64,000 nucleotides of DNA, taken from contig RHPI01000140.1 of assembly GCA_009103225.1 (NCBI GenBank), forward strand, positions 1-64,000, in the 5' to 3' direction. The notes below the pieces were generated by a model. The model did no database searches and was not told where the DNA came from. It saw nothing but the letters and a program-made list of their open reading frames with translations. The DNA is from Chlorokybus atmophyticus (taxonomy: Eukaryota > Plantae > Mesostigma and Chlorokybus algae). This document shows positions 12,726 through 25,176 of the stretch, piece by piece. Numbering within the stretch: the stretch's first letter is position 1; the number at the start of each line of letters is the position of its first letter. The position numbers and the translations under genes were made by a program.

Positions 12726-12857
12726 CCCTCAATTTCAGCACAGCGCAGGTTATCATCCTTTTGTGCTCACAACAAGCTGTAACACCTTTAATTTAAGCCC
12801 ATTGTGACGATCGCAAGTTTATCTAATTTCAAGCACATCCGGTGCTAAAATTGAGGG
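12726..12857. mobile_element. Possible small MITE (132 bp)
   Basis: 16-bp terminal inverted repeats with 15/16 match (CCCTCAATTTCAGCAC / GTGCTAAAATTGAGGG); no clear TSD. Confidence 0.4.
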
Positions 12858-13188
12858 AATATACTAAAACACTACACATATTCATGTGTGCGTGTATATA
12901 TATATATATATATGTATGTGCATACGCCTGTATTTATGCGTAGATACTTATCTCTGCAAGTGGTTAATCATTGATGTGCTGCCCTGCTCTACCAGTTTCC
13001 ACCTTATTTAAGGGTCCAGATGTTCATAAAATTTAAGTAGTTTGTACACAGCTCTACCTTGGCCCCCACCTAATCTATTACTGCCTGCTTGCTTGTGGTT
13101 TGTGACTTGTGCCATGCATTGGTCTGCAACACATCTGGCCCCTTTCCACTGGAGCATGCTTCCTAGCAGCTTGTTTGCAACTTATGTG

Positions 13189-13190
<2 letters not shown>

Positions 13191-13256
<66 letters not shown>
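13191..13256. repeat. (GA)33 microsatellite
   Basis: Seen directly in the sequence. Confidence 0.98.
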
Positions 13257-13257
<1 letters not shown>

Positions 13258-15009
13258 GTGCATGCAAAAGTGCAGGATAATAAATGTATGTGCATATGTG
13301 GGCGTCCTCTTCCTCCTTAGTGTGAAGCTACTGAGCTGCTTAGCATGAGAGTCTCGTGCCGGCGGTACTTGGCACACAAGTTGTGTTACTGAACTTCCTC
13401 TTAGCTGGAGTTGCAAGTGATTGCATTTGTGCATCAGTGTGCGGCGTCCACAAGCAAACAAGTTTGTGTAAAATGGTTACATCAATTTTGCCGCGATGCT
13501 ATGCTCGCATGTATTCATTTGCGTGTGCACCAGCTTCATTGTGCATGCATGGGATTAAATGCTTACATGCATGGCGTGGCACTGTCTCATGCTACTATTG
13601 CCTATTCTTGGGATGCTCGGGTTGCTTCCCAGCATTGTGCATGTGATTGTATAGTAGGTGTGGCCGGGCCTTCATGCACGCTTGGAGTGCGTAAAGTGCA
13701 TTTGGTGTTTATAAGCACACGTATTCGCTTGTTGTTATGCTTGCTGCAAGTGTGCGCGCTTAAGCGCTTGCGTGTGCATCTACTATTGCGATCACATCGT
13801 GTGGTGGTGGTTCAACATATGGAGGGATGGTTGAGCAGCACCGTGCCGCACATGAAGAGGTCTCTTTGAGAAATGATTTAGCTAAGACCACCCGACAGCT
13901 CACCACTTTGGCAGCCATTTTGGGTGAGCACGTGACAGCGATGCAGCAACAACACTGTCACGTGCTAGAAAGGCAAGGCTTTACTCGTATTATGAACTGT
14001 TTTTTATAGCATAGCTTAACAATTGGCTGCAGACGGATACTTCTTTCATGTGTGTGTACATTACACAGTGCATTATTGTTTGCAATCAGCCTTGAAGCTT
14101 AAGGGTCTTAGGTAAGAGATTGTACAAATGCTGAGAGGATCCAGCACGGGGCCAATCATTACATAGTCTCATGTTTTGATGTGACATGCTCTGTTGCCTC
14201 ATGTAAAAACAACCCCGCGTTGGTATCATCCGCGTAAGGGTGCTCTGCTAAGACCAGCATGCATTGAGCAGTCAAATGATGTGTTTGAATGTTAGCTTTG
14301 CAGCCTAAGGTGGCGGAGCACATTATTGAGGTTAGCACAGCGTGGTAAGGAGGGCCAACTGGCTCAGAAGGTGCACCTCTGCTGCTAACATGTGGCCAAG
14401 TAGGAAGGCAGCAGATAGGGTAGATAAGGAGATTGCTAGCGATGTTAAGACAACCAAGTGTGGGACTTCTTATGCTCACTATTGGCTGAGGGGTGCTTGG
14501 CGGTAGCTGTATAAGGGGCCTTCCCCCTGCTCTATAGTTGGGTAGGCTGTGAGCTGTGTATTGAGAATGGTCATTGTATTGAGAACGGTGTGCGAAGGAA
14601 GATTGGACGACAGCCTTCATTAGGGGTGTGTCTTTGGGTGCCGACTCTGAGAGAAGGATTGAGGACATCCCCTGCTGTGACGGTTTTGCTTAAAGACTGC
14701 GTAGTTCTATCTTGCATACACTGTTGTATGACTGATAATGTATGCACGTATATGCTAGTGCTCAGCTGCAAAAGCTAGATGAGTTGTAGAAAAAAGAACT
14801 ATCCTTGAGCGGTCAGCCTTACATGGAGTATCGGTGCCTCATATATGTCCGGCATATGCATAGCACAAGTGCTGCTACTGCACAGTATAGCCAGTGAGCG
14901 TGCGTTGTAATATCACACCCACTAGTTGGTCTGATGACATTGGCATTACTTTGTGCTGTGTGTCACACTTCCATAGTGCGACCATGTTTGGGTTACTTGC
15001 TAATGGCCT

Positions 15010-18000
15010 GTGTCCAAGCAGACAATGGTCAACAATACTGATGTACTCGACCCAGTTGCATTGACGGCTTACCTTGCTGCCGTGTGCAAGGAGATGGAAG
15101 CTTTGCAAGTGCGTCATGCTATGGAGCTTACCAGAATGGCATGCACACAGTTAACAACTCGCTGCCTCGCCTGCAATAATCTCTTGTCTCCACTGACAGT
15201 AAAGGCAAGGACGTTGGCACGCAGTTGCATGGCTGGCTGTTCAATAGCAAGCGCGCTCTTTGTGTAAGTGGCATGTAGCTCGCAAACGAAGTAGGTGCAG
15301 TGACTTTGTTGTCACTGTAACCGGGACGGACTGCAGCCCGCATGTGGGAGGGCGCAGAACAAAGGCTGTAGGCCAAGGGGGAGGATGCTACCATGTTGGC
15401 AGTGTTTGAACAAGCACTCACCCATTAGCATTGGAAGGTGTCAACCCTTTTTTAAAGGCACGTCACGAGTTGGCTACCCTGCAAATGCGCCCCAATCAGT
15501 TGGAGGACTTTCACCTCTTTTTCAGCTTGTTGCCGAGATTATCACTAACATACCCATGCTGAAGGCCGAAAACATGGACAAAGGCTCTCTATGCGCATGA
15601 CTGTGCAAGAGCAGCTTATTTCCACGCCTGGTGTACATGGGCTTAAGGTGTTCACAAATAAGGACTATGACGTGATGGTGGGGACTGTCATTGAGTTTGA
15701 CACCCGGCAGCGTATGCTTGCTAAGATAAGACTGGCAAAATGTCTGTGGATGCGTGTCCATCCTGCTCAAGGAGCAAAGCGCAATGCCCGTGTACCTTAT
15801 GTGATGGGCACGAGTAAGGTGAAGGCTCATGTGACCATGAGAAGCATTAATGCAAAGAGACCGCTAGCATATACTCTTAGCATCTCAATGGATGTTAAGA
15901 ACAAGCGCTTTAAAGCTAGAGTGTGTCTCAAGTGTGGACAGAAGGGTCGTCTAGTGGCGCAGTGTAGCTACCCGTTTGAGTCGAGAAACTCTGCTATAGA
16001 AATGTGGGGTGGAGAACCTTGGCTTACCCTTTTTCGCTAGCACTATACCATTAGCAACTGCTGTTCGGTTTTACAGTTGTAAGCTTTCCCTTTCTTGTAT
16101 GACAATGCTGGTCTTCCTGCCATGTTGCAGAGTATGATAATGATTCTTGGGTGACTATTAGCAATGACTTTTTGCTACACACACGTGTGGGAAAGTGTGT
16201 GCTTCCCAATGCGCCAGTTGACCAATTGGATGAATGTCTTAAGCATTTAGTTACGCGCAAACTAAATAGTAAAAGTGACACCAGTGGGTATGTGCTTGCC
16301 CAAGTGCTCTGGACCATAAACATACTACCTTAAGGGTATGCAAGTAATTGTTGAGGTCAATAAGCGAGGGAAGCACTCTCAATCAATGAGAATCATGGAT
16401 TATCCACCAAATCTTCACCGAGTCTCAAATCCAAAACTGGCGTAAATATTTAAAGGTACAATTGCCAAGGCACCTGCTATTGTTATGTATGATTTAGGCA
16501 CTCTCGTTGGTTTTATTAGTGAGACCGTGGTGCAAAAACTAAATGTCCTTGTTAGCCATCACCGCGAATATGTTGTATCACTGGATGAACATAAGATCCC
16601 AGTGCGTGGGCCAGTGATGTTATCACTGCATATACAAGGCACCATGCCCAGCTTCACTTCTTAATGATCCTCATGACTATACCCGGTGTGGATGTCATGG
16701 TTGGTGCTAAGTGGGAGAGGCTTATTAGCATATGCACAGATGCTGACATTAGACATTGCAATGTGCGCGAAGGCAAAGAACGAGTTGTCCTTCAGGCCTA
16801 GAGGCCTCATGTACCTGATGGTGATGCTGCCCGCTCCAAAAATATCCTACCACTTGTGTCGAGTATTATGCAGGTGAAAAGAGAGGTGATAAAGGAGCTA
16901 AGCGCCTACTGGTCCTGGAACGTGAAGCTCACCCGCTGCAGCCACAGACACCTCTCCACCAATAAGTAAGATTGTGAGCACAGTCGAGCTGACAATGCAG
17001 CCAATCTTAAATGAGTACGCTGATGTATCAAAGCCTGCTTGAATTGCCACCTGAGAGCAGTGTATGGCATACTATCCCTCTTGTGCAAGATGCACAACTT
17101 CCATACAAACCAGTTAACAGGCTGAACCTTACTAAATATTTAAACATGAAAAGGCAACATAAGGAGTTATTAGCAAAGGGATTGATTGAGCCAAGCAGGG
17201 CTCCCTTTGGTGCTCATATTCTCATTGTTTCAAATAAAAATGGCAAACCATGCCTGTGTATAGATTACCGGGTTCTGAACAAGCTGACCAATACAAACAG
17301 GTACCCGCTGCGTAAAATACATAACTTGTTGGATTACTTGCAAGGTGCACCTGTGTTAAGCTTGTTGGACTTGACTGCAGGGTACCACTAAATCCATATC
17401 ACACCCAATAATGTGCTAACAATAGCGTTTAAAACGCCTATTGGCCATTTCTAGTACAAGGTCTGCCATACGGGTTGACAAATGCTCCTGCAAGCTATGA
17501 CGAACCAGGTATTCAACAAGTTAATTGGCACAACAGTCCTCGTATACTTGCATGATATCCTAATATTCAGCAAAGACAAGCAAGCGCATGTGCGTGAAGT
17601 ATTGGATACACTGCGTATGTGTAAGTTCTATGTGGTAATTGAAAAATGTAGAGCTGAAGAGTCTGCGCTAGAATTCCTGGGCCACATTGCGAGCACAGAA
17701 GGTATCCGTGTGGATCCCAAAAAGGTTGTTGCAGTCAAGGACTGGCCAGTACTAAATGTGCATAAGCTACGTTCATTCCTTAATCTAGGCAACTATTCTT
17801 GAAAATTCATTTTAGGGTACTCGACAAGAGTAGGCCCTCATTGACCTTACATGTGATAAGATACAGTGGCAATAGACTGTGAGGCAGCAGTCTGCCTTTT
17901 AATCAAGGAAAGATGCTTGATTACAAGCACTAGTCTTGCGCTTGCCAAATCACACAAAGCACTTTGCACTGATCGATGATGCAAGTAGCTTTTGGTATGG

Positions 18001-19570
18001 GAGCTGTGTTGCTGCAAGAGGGGCATCCGTTAGCCTAATATGCAAGATTTGTATTTCAGCTGAGAATAAGTATACCACAGTAGATTAAGAGCTCTTAGTA
18101 TAAGCCACGCGCAAATGGAATGGCTGCTACCTAAAGTGTGGAAATCGGTTTTTCAGTTGTCACCGACCATGACCCACTTACTTTCTTTCGGACTCAACCA
18201 ACTTTATTTAAAGGCCAAGCACGGTGGACTGAGTTCATGTCAAGTTTTTACTTCAACAAGATTTATAGGCCTGGAAGAGTTAACATGGCAGGCCCTTTGC
18301 AAAGATTATCTTTGCTGCTGGCAGCAGCGACCTGAAAGGTGAACCCTAAGGAAGGGAGCAAAACCCTGTTGATGGGAGCTACAACCAGATCCCAGAGACA
18401 GAGCCTTTTTAGGATACTCAACCAAGTGGGGAGGTATCAACCAGCTAGTAAAGCATGGTAGCAGAAGGCTAAGACCCAAGTGAGAAGGACCTTCACATGT
18501 CAAATGACATAAATGTGTAAGATGATGTCCCTAATATGATAGACAAGTTGTTTTGTGCATGCTTACTGAAGTCCCAAGGTTGCGCAGCTTACTGAGACAA
18601 ACTGACTCAAATTTTGTGTCTAATATTGTGGTATATGAAAAGTAAGATGGTCGTGCCTGACATGTTCGCCATGTGACAGGAGTCTATGTATGAGGCCCAC
18701 AACACAATGTACAGCGGACACCTAGGCGCGCGCAACATTAGCACGCAACTTCAGAGGTTGTAACGGTGGCCAAGTATGGCAGCTGATACAGCAAGACAAT
18801 ATGAGTTCATGAAGCGCATGAAATGCGCGCCCATGAACTCAAGAACTCGTTAATGAGTTATGAGACTCTTGTGCCCCTAGTGCCTCGGGCACTAGGGGGC
18901 ACAAGCACTCACTAGGCGTGAGTGTGAGCCACAAGCTCCTTATCTAGTCGCTTGAAACCCTAGCACGGCGGCGCCATCCTTGGCGAGGGTGGCGAGTATG
19001 GTATACTTTGCAGGTGTACAGGCTTCTCAAGCTTCGACCTCGGCATCGGCAGCAATGACGCCCTCAACAAGTCGAAGACCGAAGAAGCGCGTGACATTCG
19101 CACATGACGTGAAGAAGCAGTAGTTCTCATAGTTGTAGCCTAGCACCTTAGTGCAGACCTTGTGTATAGATCAGCGTGTATCTGTATACTTGTACATTTG
19201 TATTGTAATGCACTTGGGTGCTGGACGTAGCCACCGTGCTATCGACCCTTGCGACCCCCCAGCATGAGCTGTATGTGTCGCATATAACTCGTGTGTGAGT
19301 TCGTAGGTCCCTATAATATGTGATAGCACACAGAAGCTTCACATAAAACAGGCTGCTGCATTGATGAAGCCATTGCAGTCACTAGTGTATCAATGGCCAA
19401 ATGTCAGCATGGATCTGATCACTAAGCCATTTGTGACTTAAAAAGGTTACAATGCAGTCATCATCTTTGTGGACAGGCTGACAAAGATGGTGAGGTTGAG
19501 CCCTGCCGCACTGATATAGATACCAGAGAGTTTGCTTTTTAATTTATAAACTTAGTGTTCAAGTCCCATA
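15010..19570 (+). mobile_element. Ty3/gypsy retrotransposon remnant 1 (chromovirus-like RT/INT), 3'-truncated
   Basis: Degenerate knuckle CLKCGQKGRLVAQC; RT LIEPSRAPFGA..CIDYRVLNK..RYPL and VYLHDILIFSK; RNase H VVTDHDPL; integrase GHLGARN..WPSMA and VSMDLIT..VDRLTKMV. The order is RT-RH-INT. Confidence 0.9.
18803..19302 (+). mobile_element. Solo terminal unit (A-M-B, 500 bp) of the DIRS/PAT-like element inserted in the gypsy integrase
   Basis: GAGTTC at both ends (18803-18808 and 19297-19302); removing the unit restores gypsy ...CAATATGAGTTCGTA (QYEFV). Confidence 0.92.
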
Positions 19571-20164
19571 GGGTGTGTTGGATTGTGCGGGGTAAAGCGC
19601 TGTGCTGAGATTCGGACAAGCTACCATACATGCACATGGATCTAGTGCAAACACTGAGACACACATGCTACATCCTGAGCATACACACATGCACAACAAC
19701 TGCCTCACAAGAGCATGCACACGCAACATTGTATTCTCTATAAGCTTAGATTACCATGAGTTCACGGGCTTTTGCCCCATCAGTCTGTACGCACGTTTAC
19801 TCTAGCAAGCACCATGTAAGCTATACCGAGCTAAACGCGACGATGTATGTCTTGCCACATAGCTAGCTTCACACATTTTCTAACAAGATATGCCACACGC
19901 CATACACGTAACTAAATGCAGAGTTCTTACCATGTTTTTGGGCTGCGCTAGCCTGCGCCAGACTCAGCCTAGTCCCGGGTCTTCGGGTTTGCTCACACTC
20001 CGCATCGCACACTATCCAGATATCTGCCACTAGACTCACAACTGCTCGATCAGTCCTTACACCATAACCACTAGTACTCCGGGAAGGACTTAGCCACTGT
20101 AGGCTGACCAAACTTGTCCATAATATGCACTCAACAATGCAATCATGCAAGACAACTTTTAACA

Positions 20165-21458
20165 CGCTGAACCGTCTTTAACAGCATCAGAGGGACTGTG
20201 CTATAGCAGAGGAAGCAGGGCACCGATGGTCTGCTTACTACTGCAATTGTGAGTAAAGGCCCCCCGTAGAACGTGTGCAGAAGAAGGAGGTGGCTATAAT
20301 GCTAATGATGAGGTAGAACGTGGGGAGTAACAATACTCAGCTACGAGTAGCTGTAAGTCAACAAGCCACTATTGAATGTAGCGTCATAACATCAGTACAT
20401 TTCATGAATGAAAATGGGTATTTCAATGGGCAAGTGAAGTGAATAAATGTAGCAACAAAGTGATGCCACACCCGGACGGTAACTGTTCACACCGTGCTTA
20501 TAATGCAACCAAGCTCACACACCAAGAGAAACAGTGCACACGCTGCAGATGCTGCACTCTTTAACAAGTATGAAGGCTTCTTGGCAATCGGGACGGCTTG
20601 CTGTGTGCAATTGCACCCCTTCACAACTATTTGTCTACGAGTTTTGTTCAACACATCACTCCCATGCAATAGCAAGCTTTAGGCTTTACATCATAAGCTG
20701 CAAGTACATGCTCATAAGTCTATGCGCTCATACTCACAGTTACACCAAGTATACAAGTAAATAATCTGTCAACTTACACTATTATATAAACACATGTAAA
20801 CCAGTAGTTCAGCAAGCTTAATCGGTCTAATCTGTAGTTTTAATAAATAGCTGCTCACTACTGAACTATCTATTCGAAATGGGCAAAAAGCGAGTCTGTT
20901 CACGGGCAGCGTAATGGACTCACACTAGACCAGCGAGCAGAAATCACTTGGTTGGAATCTCCAAAGTTTTGACTGGATTGCGAGGCTGAGTAGTTGTAAC
21001 TTTCAATGTATGGTTAGAAATTTGCAGGCGCGGAGTCGGAATGCCAACGTATCAGCTACGAGGGGTACCTACGAGAACAGTTTGCTGGCATTACTTAGTG
21101 GTGGTGGAGGTCTCATAATAGTATCGCGGGAGAGTCGCCATAGATGAAGGGCACTGATATGCTAGTAGCTCAAGAGGCAAATCGGATGTAGGCATAAGCG
21201 AGGAAAATGAGCCCTCTTGTATGGTAAGCATGACATTGGTCGGGATACGCAAGGTCGAGCGCTGAACCGTTTTGAACAGCATTAGAGGAACCGTAATGTG
21301 AATGAGGAAGCAGTGCAGCAATGGTCGTGCGCACTATAGTATTCTTGGGTGAGGGCACAAAAGTACCCCCTTGGGGGAGGTGGAAGAAGGTGACTATGAT
21401 GCTAAGTATGTGGAATGCGGGGAGTAAAAACTCAACTACGTATAGCTGTTAGTCAACA
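20165..21458 (-). repeat. Diverged ~200-bp repeat pair (20165-20363 and 21260-21458), probably LTR fragments of gypsy remnant 2
   Basis: Colinear similarity (CGCTGAACCG..GAGGAAGCAG..GGGGAGTAA..GTCAACA). On the minus strand the 21458 copy starts TG just after purine-rich AAAGGGGGTGGG. Confidence 0.6.
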
Positions 21459-22845
21459 AGCCCACCCCCTTTAAGCCTGTGAAAGTCCCCTACTACAGGA
21501 CTCAAGTTTTATTGGTCCGTGTTTATTGGTCTGTGTTATTTTACTTGTTATTGTATTGGTCCGTGTTATTGGTCCGTGGTTATTGTGATTTTAATGGTCC
21601 ACGGGTGCAACAGTCGTCGTACAGTAGGGTTCAAAGGGACCCTTATGTCGAGGAGGGTCCATGCAATAGCATTACATGTCGTTGTTGCATCCGTTGTACA
21701 CCATAATAAGGGCGTTGTCATCCGCACTACCACACTGCTCGCCACGCTTGCTGCGGAGAGGGCGTGGATGATGTTGAAGCCTGCCACTTGTGCAAGTTGA
21801 CATGCCGCGAAGTTGGTGACGTTGTCCTTGAGTCGCTCGCCATTGTTGCCGAGGAGATTAAGGAGTTTGGAGGGACATTCTTTCAAGACTTTGTAAATGA
21901 CGCATGTGTCCAGGGTGTTATATGTATGGGCCATGCGATATACAAAGTTAAGTGCTTCGAAGCGCCGGTTGCGCTGTTTGTAAAAGTCTGCGAGCACGTT
22001 TGTAATGCAGGGTGTCGTGGTGCTGAGCAATGCGCAAATTCCTCATGGCATTCCAGATGATAAAAGAGGTCGGCACGGGCTTTCATGTCAGAATGCATGA
22101 GGATTGGGTCCTCAAGGTTGTCTGGCACCCGTGGCGCTTTTTACTATGCACGGAAGGGGAGCAGAGGCTTGCGGCCAAATAGCTAAGTTGGTAAGGGCTG
22201 TACTTGTTGCGTGCGGCTTGCTTGGACAAGCGACAGCCAAATGCCAGCCAGGGGAGGTACTCATCCCAGGTGCGCTCGTCGTGCTCAATGGCGTATCTCC
22301 GTAGCGCCTTTATAATGGTCTGAACAGTGCATTTAGATAGGCCATCGGCCTGTGGGTGGTCTCGTGAAGTGTGCCGGTGGTCGATGTACATGTGATTGAG
22401 GAGATTATCGAACTCCTCATAGAACTTGGTGCCCTGGTCAGTCACCACTTCAGCGCACGAGCCGAAGCAATTAAAGACGTTTACGAAGATAGCGGTAAAG
22501 ACTCCTCTGCTGCTCTTGTCAGGAAGAGGAACCAATATGATTCACTGTGAGAAGTGCTCGATCATGATGAGGATGTACCTATTGCCGCGGGCGGAGGGGT
22601 TAAAGTCCCCGAGGGTGTTGAAGCCGAAACGGTGGAACATCCCAAATCTGGGTATTGGATGCAAGCTGGTGGTGCGCGTGTTGTGGCTGGCGCATAAGAG
22701 GTCAAAATGCGAGCAAGTGCTTACATAGGCACGCACTTGTGTATACATGCCATGCCACCAGTGCTGTGCGCATACCAAGCTAACGATGCGCTTGACACCG
22801 AAGTGTCCCAGCTCGGTATGGTTAGCGGCGATTGTAACGGAATGC
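21459..22845 (-). mobile_element. Ty3/gypsy remnant 2 (integrase and 3' end only)
   Basis: HTELGHFG..WWHGM..CSH zinc-binding region; RYILIMIEHFS; VVTDQG; HPQADGLS; YSPYQL; C-terminal RRFE..FVY segment. Confidence 0.85.
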
Positions 22846-23952
22846 TACCGCTATAGAGGTTTCACGCCCTTGGAACCCTTATTTAGGATTAAATAAGGAC
22901 CTCAATGGGTATACAGCCAATTAAGCCATGTTAGGGCCGTTAACCTAGTGTTATAGCCCAGTCTTGTCTTGCAGTCTTGGCGACGGCGGCAACTAGTGAT
23001 GTTGAACAGATAGTTGTGACTCGACTCAACTGGTCGATGTAACTTGGGCTGCTGCTGGCGGGCTCAACTTGCCTAGCCTAGTTTACTTTGCCTTGCCAAG
23101 CCTAGCCTATCTTGCCTGGTCCCGCCTAGCCTAGTTTGCTGTGAGGGGAGGCGGCCATTCAGGCAGTTTACTCCCCAAGTAATGCATCTCAGCACATAAC
23201 CTAGTGAATAACACATTTTGTTTCACATGTGTGTGCTTGCCACCATGTGGAACCGTGGTGGTGTGAAGGTGTAACGGGAAGGTACATTGTACAACCACAT
23301 ATCGACCATAAAGGCACCAAGTCTTCAATGGTAGAGTGGGCTGTGACATTGGTACTGGAGCTTGAAACCCGGGCTTGATTCCTGCTTTGCACACAAAATG
23401 CGATGTCATGGAATGTTGATCCAGTAACATTGTAAAAGGTCATTCATAAGTGTTGAATGTTATAGGTTGTAGAAAGTACATGTATAGGCGGCGCCTACAT
23501 GTAGTTGGTACGATCAGCTTAACCTTTATAGTTACGAGAGTTACGAGAGTTACGCGAGTTACGGGAGTTATGGCAGTTATGGTCAACTATGATCAACTTT
23601 GACTTTGACCATTGACTTTGACCATTAATTGGTGTTGACTTTTACCATTGTTGACTAGAGTTGACTAGTGCTTAGTAGCATAGTATATAAGACACTGTAT
23701 ACTGCTTAATATAGTGGGTCGCACATTGTCTCTATAGTGAGAGTGCTTGCTGCACTTGTCACAGGTGTGTGCACACTTGTATGTAAGAGGCAAATACACA
23801 CACACTAAGCGCATCACTAGTTCTCAACAGGTTATGGGCCCATACTCGCTTATGTGAGCGCTTGTGGTAGTGAAAGAAAGTGTTGAGCATAGGCGCCTAC
23901 TAGTAGAGTGTTATTGGGGAGAGGGTGAGTTGTACCAATTCTGTACCAAGCA

Positions 23953-24732
23953 ATGGCTGACATAGACAGGATGCCCATCGAGACCCTTGATCTGCACAAC
24001 TATGCTTCATGGTCGATGAAGATGAAGTTAGTGCTGATCCGCATGAAGCTTTGGAGCTTTATCAACCCCACCTCCTCCACATCATTGCGGCCAAGAACAG
24101 GTGACGCTTGTACCTGGACACAGAACTCACAATCAGCTTTTGCGCTGATAGGCTTGCACGTCAAAGATTTCCATCTCCCTCTTATTGCGGATTGCAAGAC
24201 TGGACGTGAGGCGTGGGAGGTCTTTGACACCCACTTCAAGGTCAATAGCAACTCGCACAAGTTGCAGCTGAAACGCAAGCTGATACTTCTGGAGATGGAG
24301 CGCAAAGAGCAAATCCAGAAGTACATCTCGCGTGCAAGGGAGCTTTGGCAAGACCTTGCGGCCGTGGGCCACGATGTAAAGAGGAGGTGATGTGGGCAAT
24401 CTTAGCTGGCTTAGCAAAAAGCTTTGCTACGCTAGTGACTGTGTTTAAGTCCTCAGATGTGGTTTTGAAGTTTGCTGATGTCGCGCCTAAGCTAGCTGTG
24501 GAAGGCAAGTTGGATGCTTAGGAGATAGAGAAATGGTGGAGAACCTCTCGCATTTGCTGCTTCATCTTCTAAACACACATAAAGCAGGAGCAAAGCAGGT
24601 GGTGGGAAGCCATCACGTGACAAAGAGTGTCACTACTGCAAGATGAAGGGCCACTTCATTCGCAAGTGCCAGAAGAGGATCCACGATGAGGCAACCAAGG
24701 AGGAGCACGCCACGATGGCAATTGCTTTCTAG
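23953..24732 (+). pseudogene. Copia-type gag with CCHC knuckle (disrupted)
   Basis: LDLHNYASWSMKMK..LW; YISRARELWQDLAAVG; CHYCKMKGHFIRKC; ends MAIAF-TAG at 24730-24732. Confidence 0.9.
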
Positions 24733-24796
24733 CATTGGTGAGGACCTTAAGGAGTTGCAGTGGATGGTGTTCGTCCGTCCTCTCCCACTGCAAGGG

Positions 24797-25176
24797 TGTT
24801 GAGAACTAGTGATGCGCCTAGTGTGTGTGTATTTGCCTCCTACATACAAGTGTGCACACACTAAAGACAAGTGCAACAAGCACGCCAACTATAGAGACAA
24901 TGTGCGACCCACTGTATTAAGCAGTATACAGTGTCTTATATACTATGCTACTAAGCACTAGTCAACTCTAGTCAACTCTGGTCAAAGTCAACACTAGTCA
25001 ACACTAGTCAATGGTCAAAGTCAACGGTCAAAGGCAAAGTTGACCATGGTTGACCATAACTGCCGTAACTCCCGTAACTCCCGTAACTCCCGTAACTATA
25101 AAGCTTAAGCTGATCGTACCAACTACATGTAGGCGCCGCCTATACATGTACTTTCAACAAGCTAAAACATTCAACA
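24797..25176 (-). repeat. Solo family-2 LTR inserted antisense into a family-2 element
   Basis: Perfect TSD AAGGG (24792-24796 / 25177-25181); the empty site CTGCAAGGGCGCG is present in the sister copy at ~42243-42255. Confidence 0.97.

Noticed and set aside
13042-13461. ER/RE- and SL-repeat ORFs
   Set aside because: Produced by the (GA)n microsatellite.
13827-14009. 60-aa coiled-coil-like ORF (MVEQHRAAHEE...)
   Set aside because: Short, isolated and without motif or supporting exons.
14443-14822. 5' LTR and PBS of gypsy remnant 1
   Set aside because: TG..CA boundaries and a weak TGG..TATC..GCC site exist, but there is no second copy in the window to confirm an LTR.
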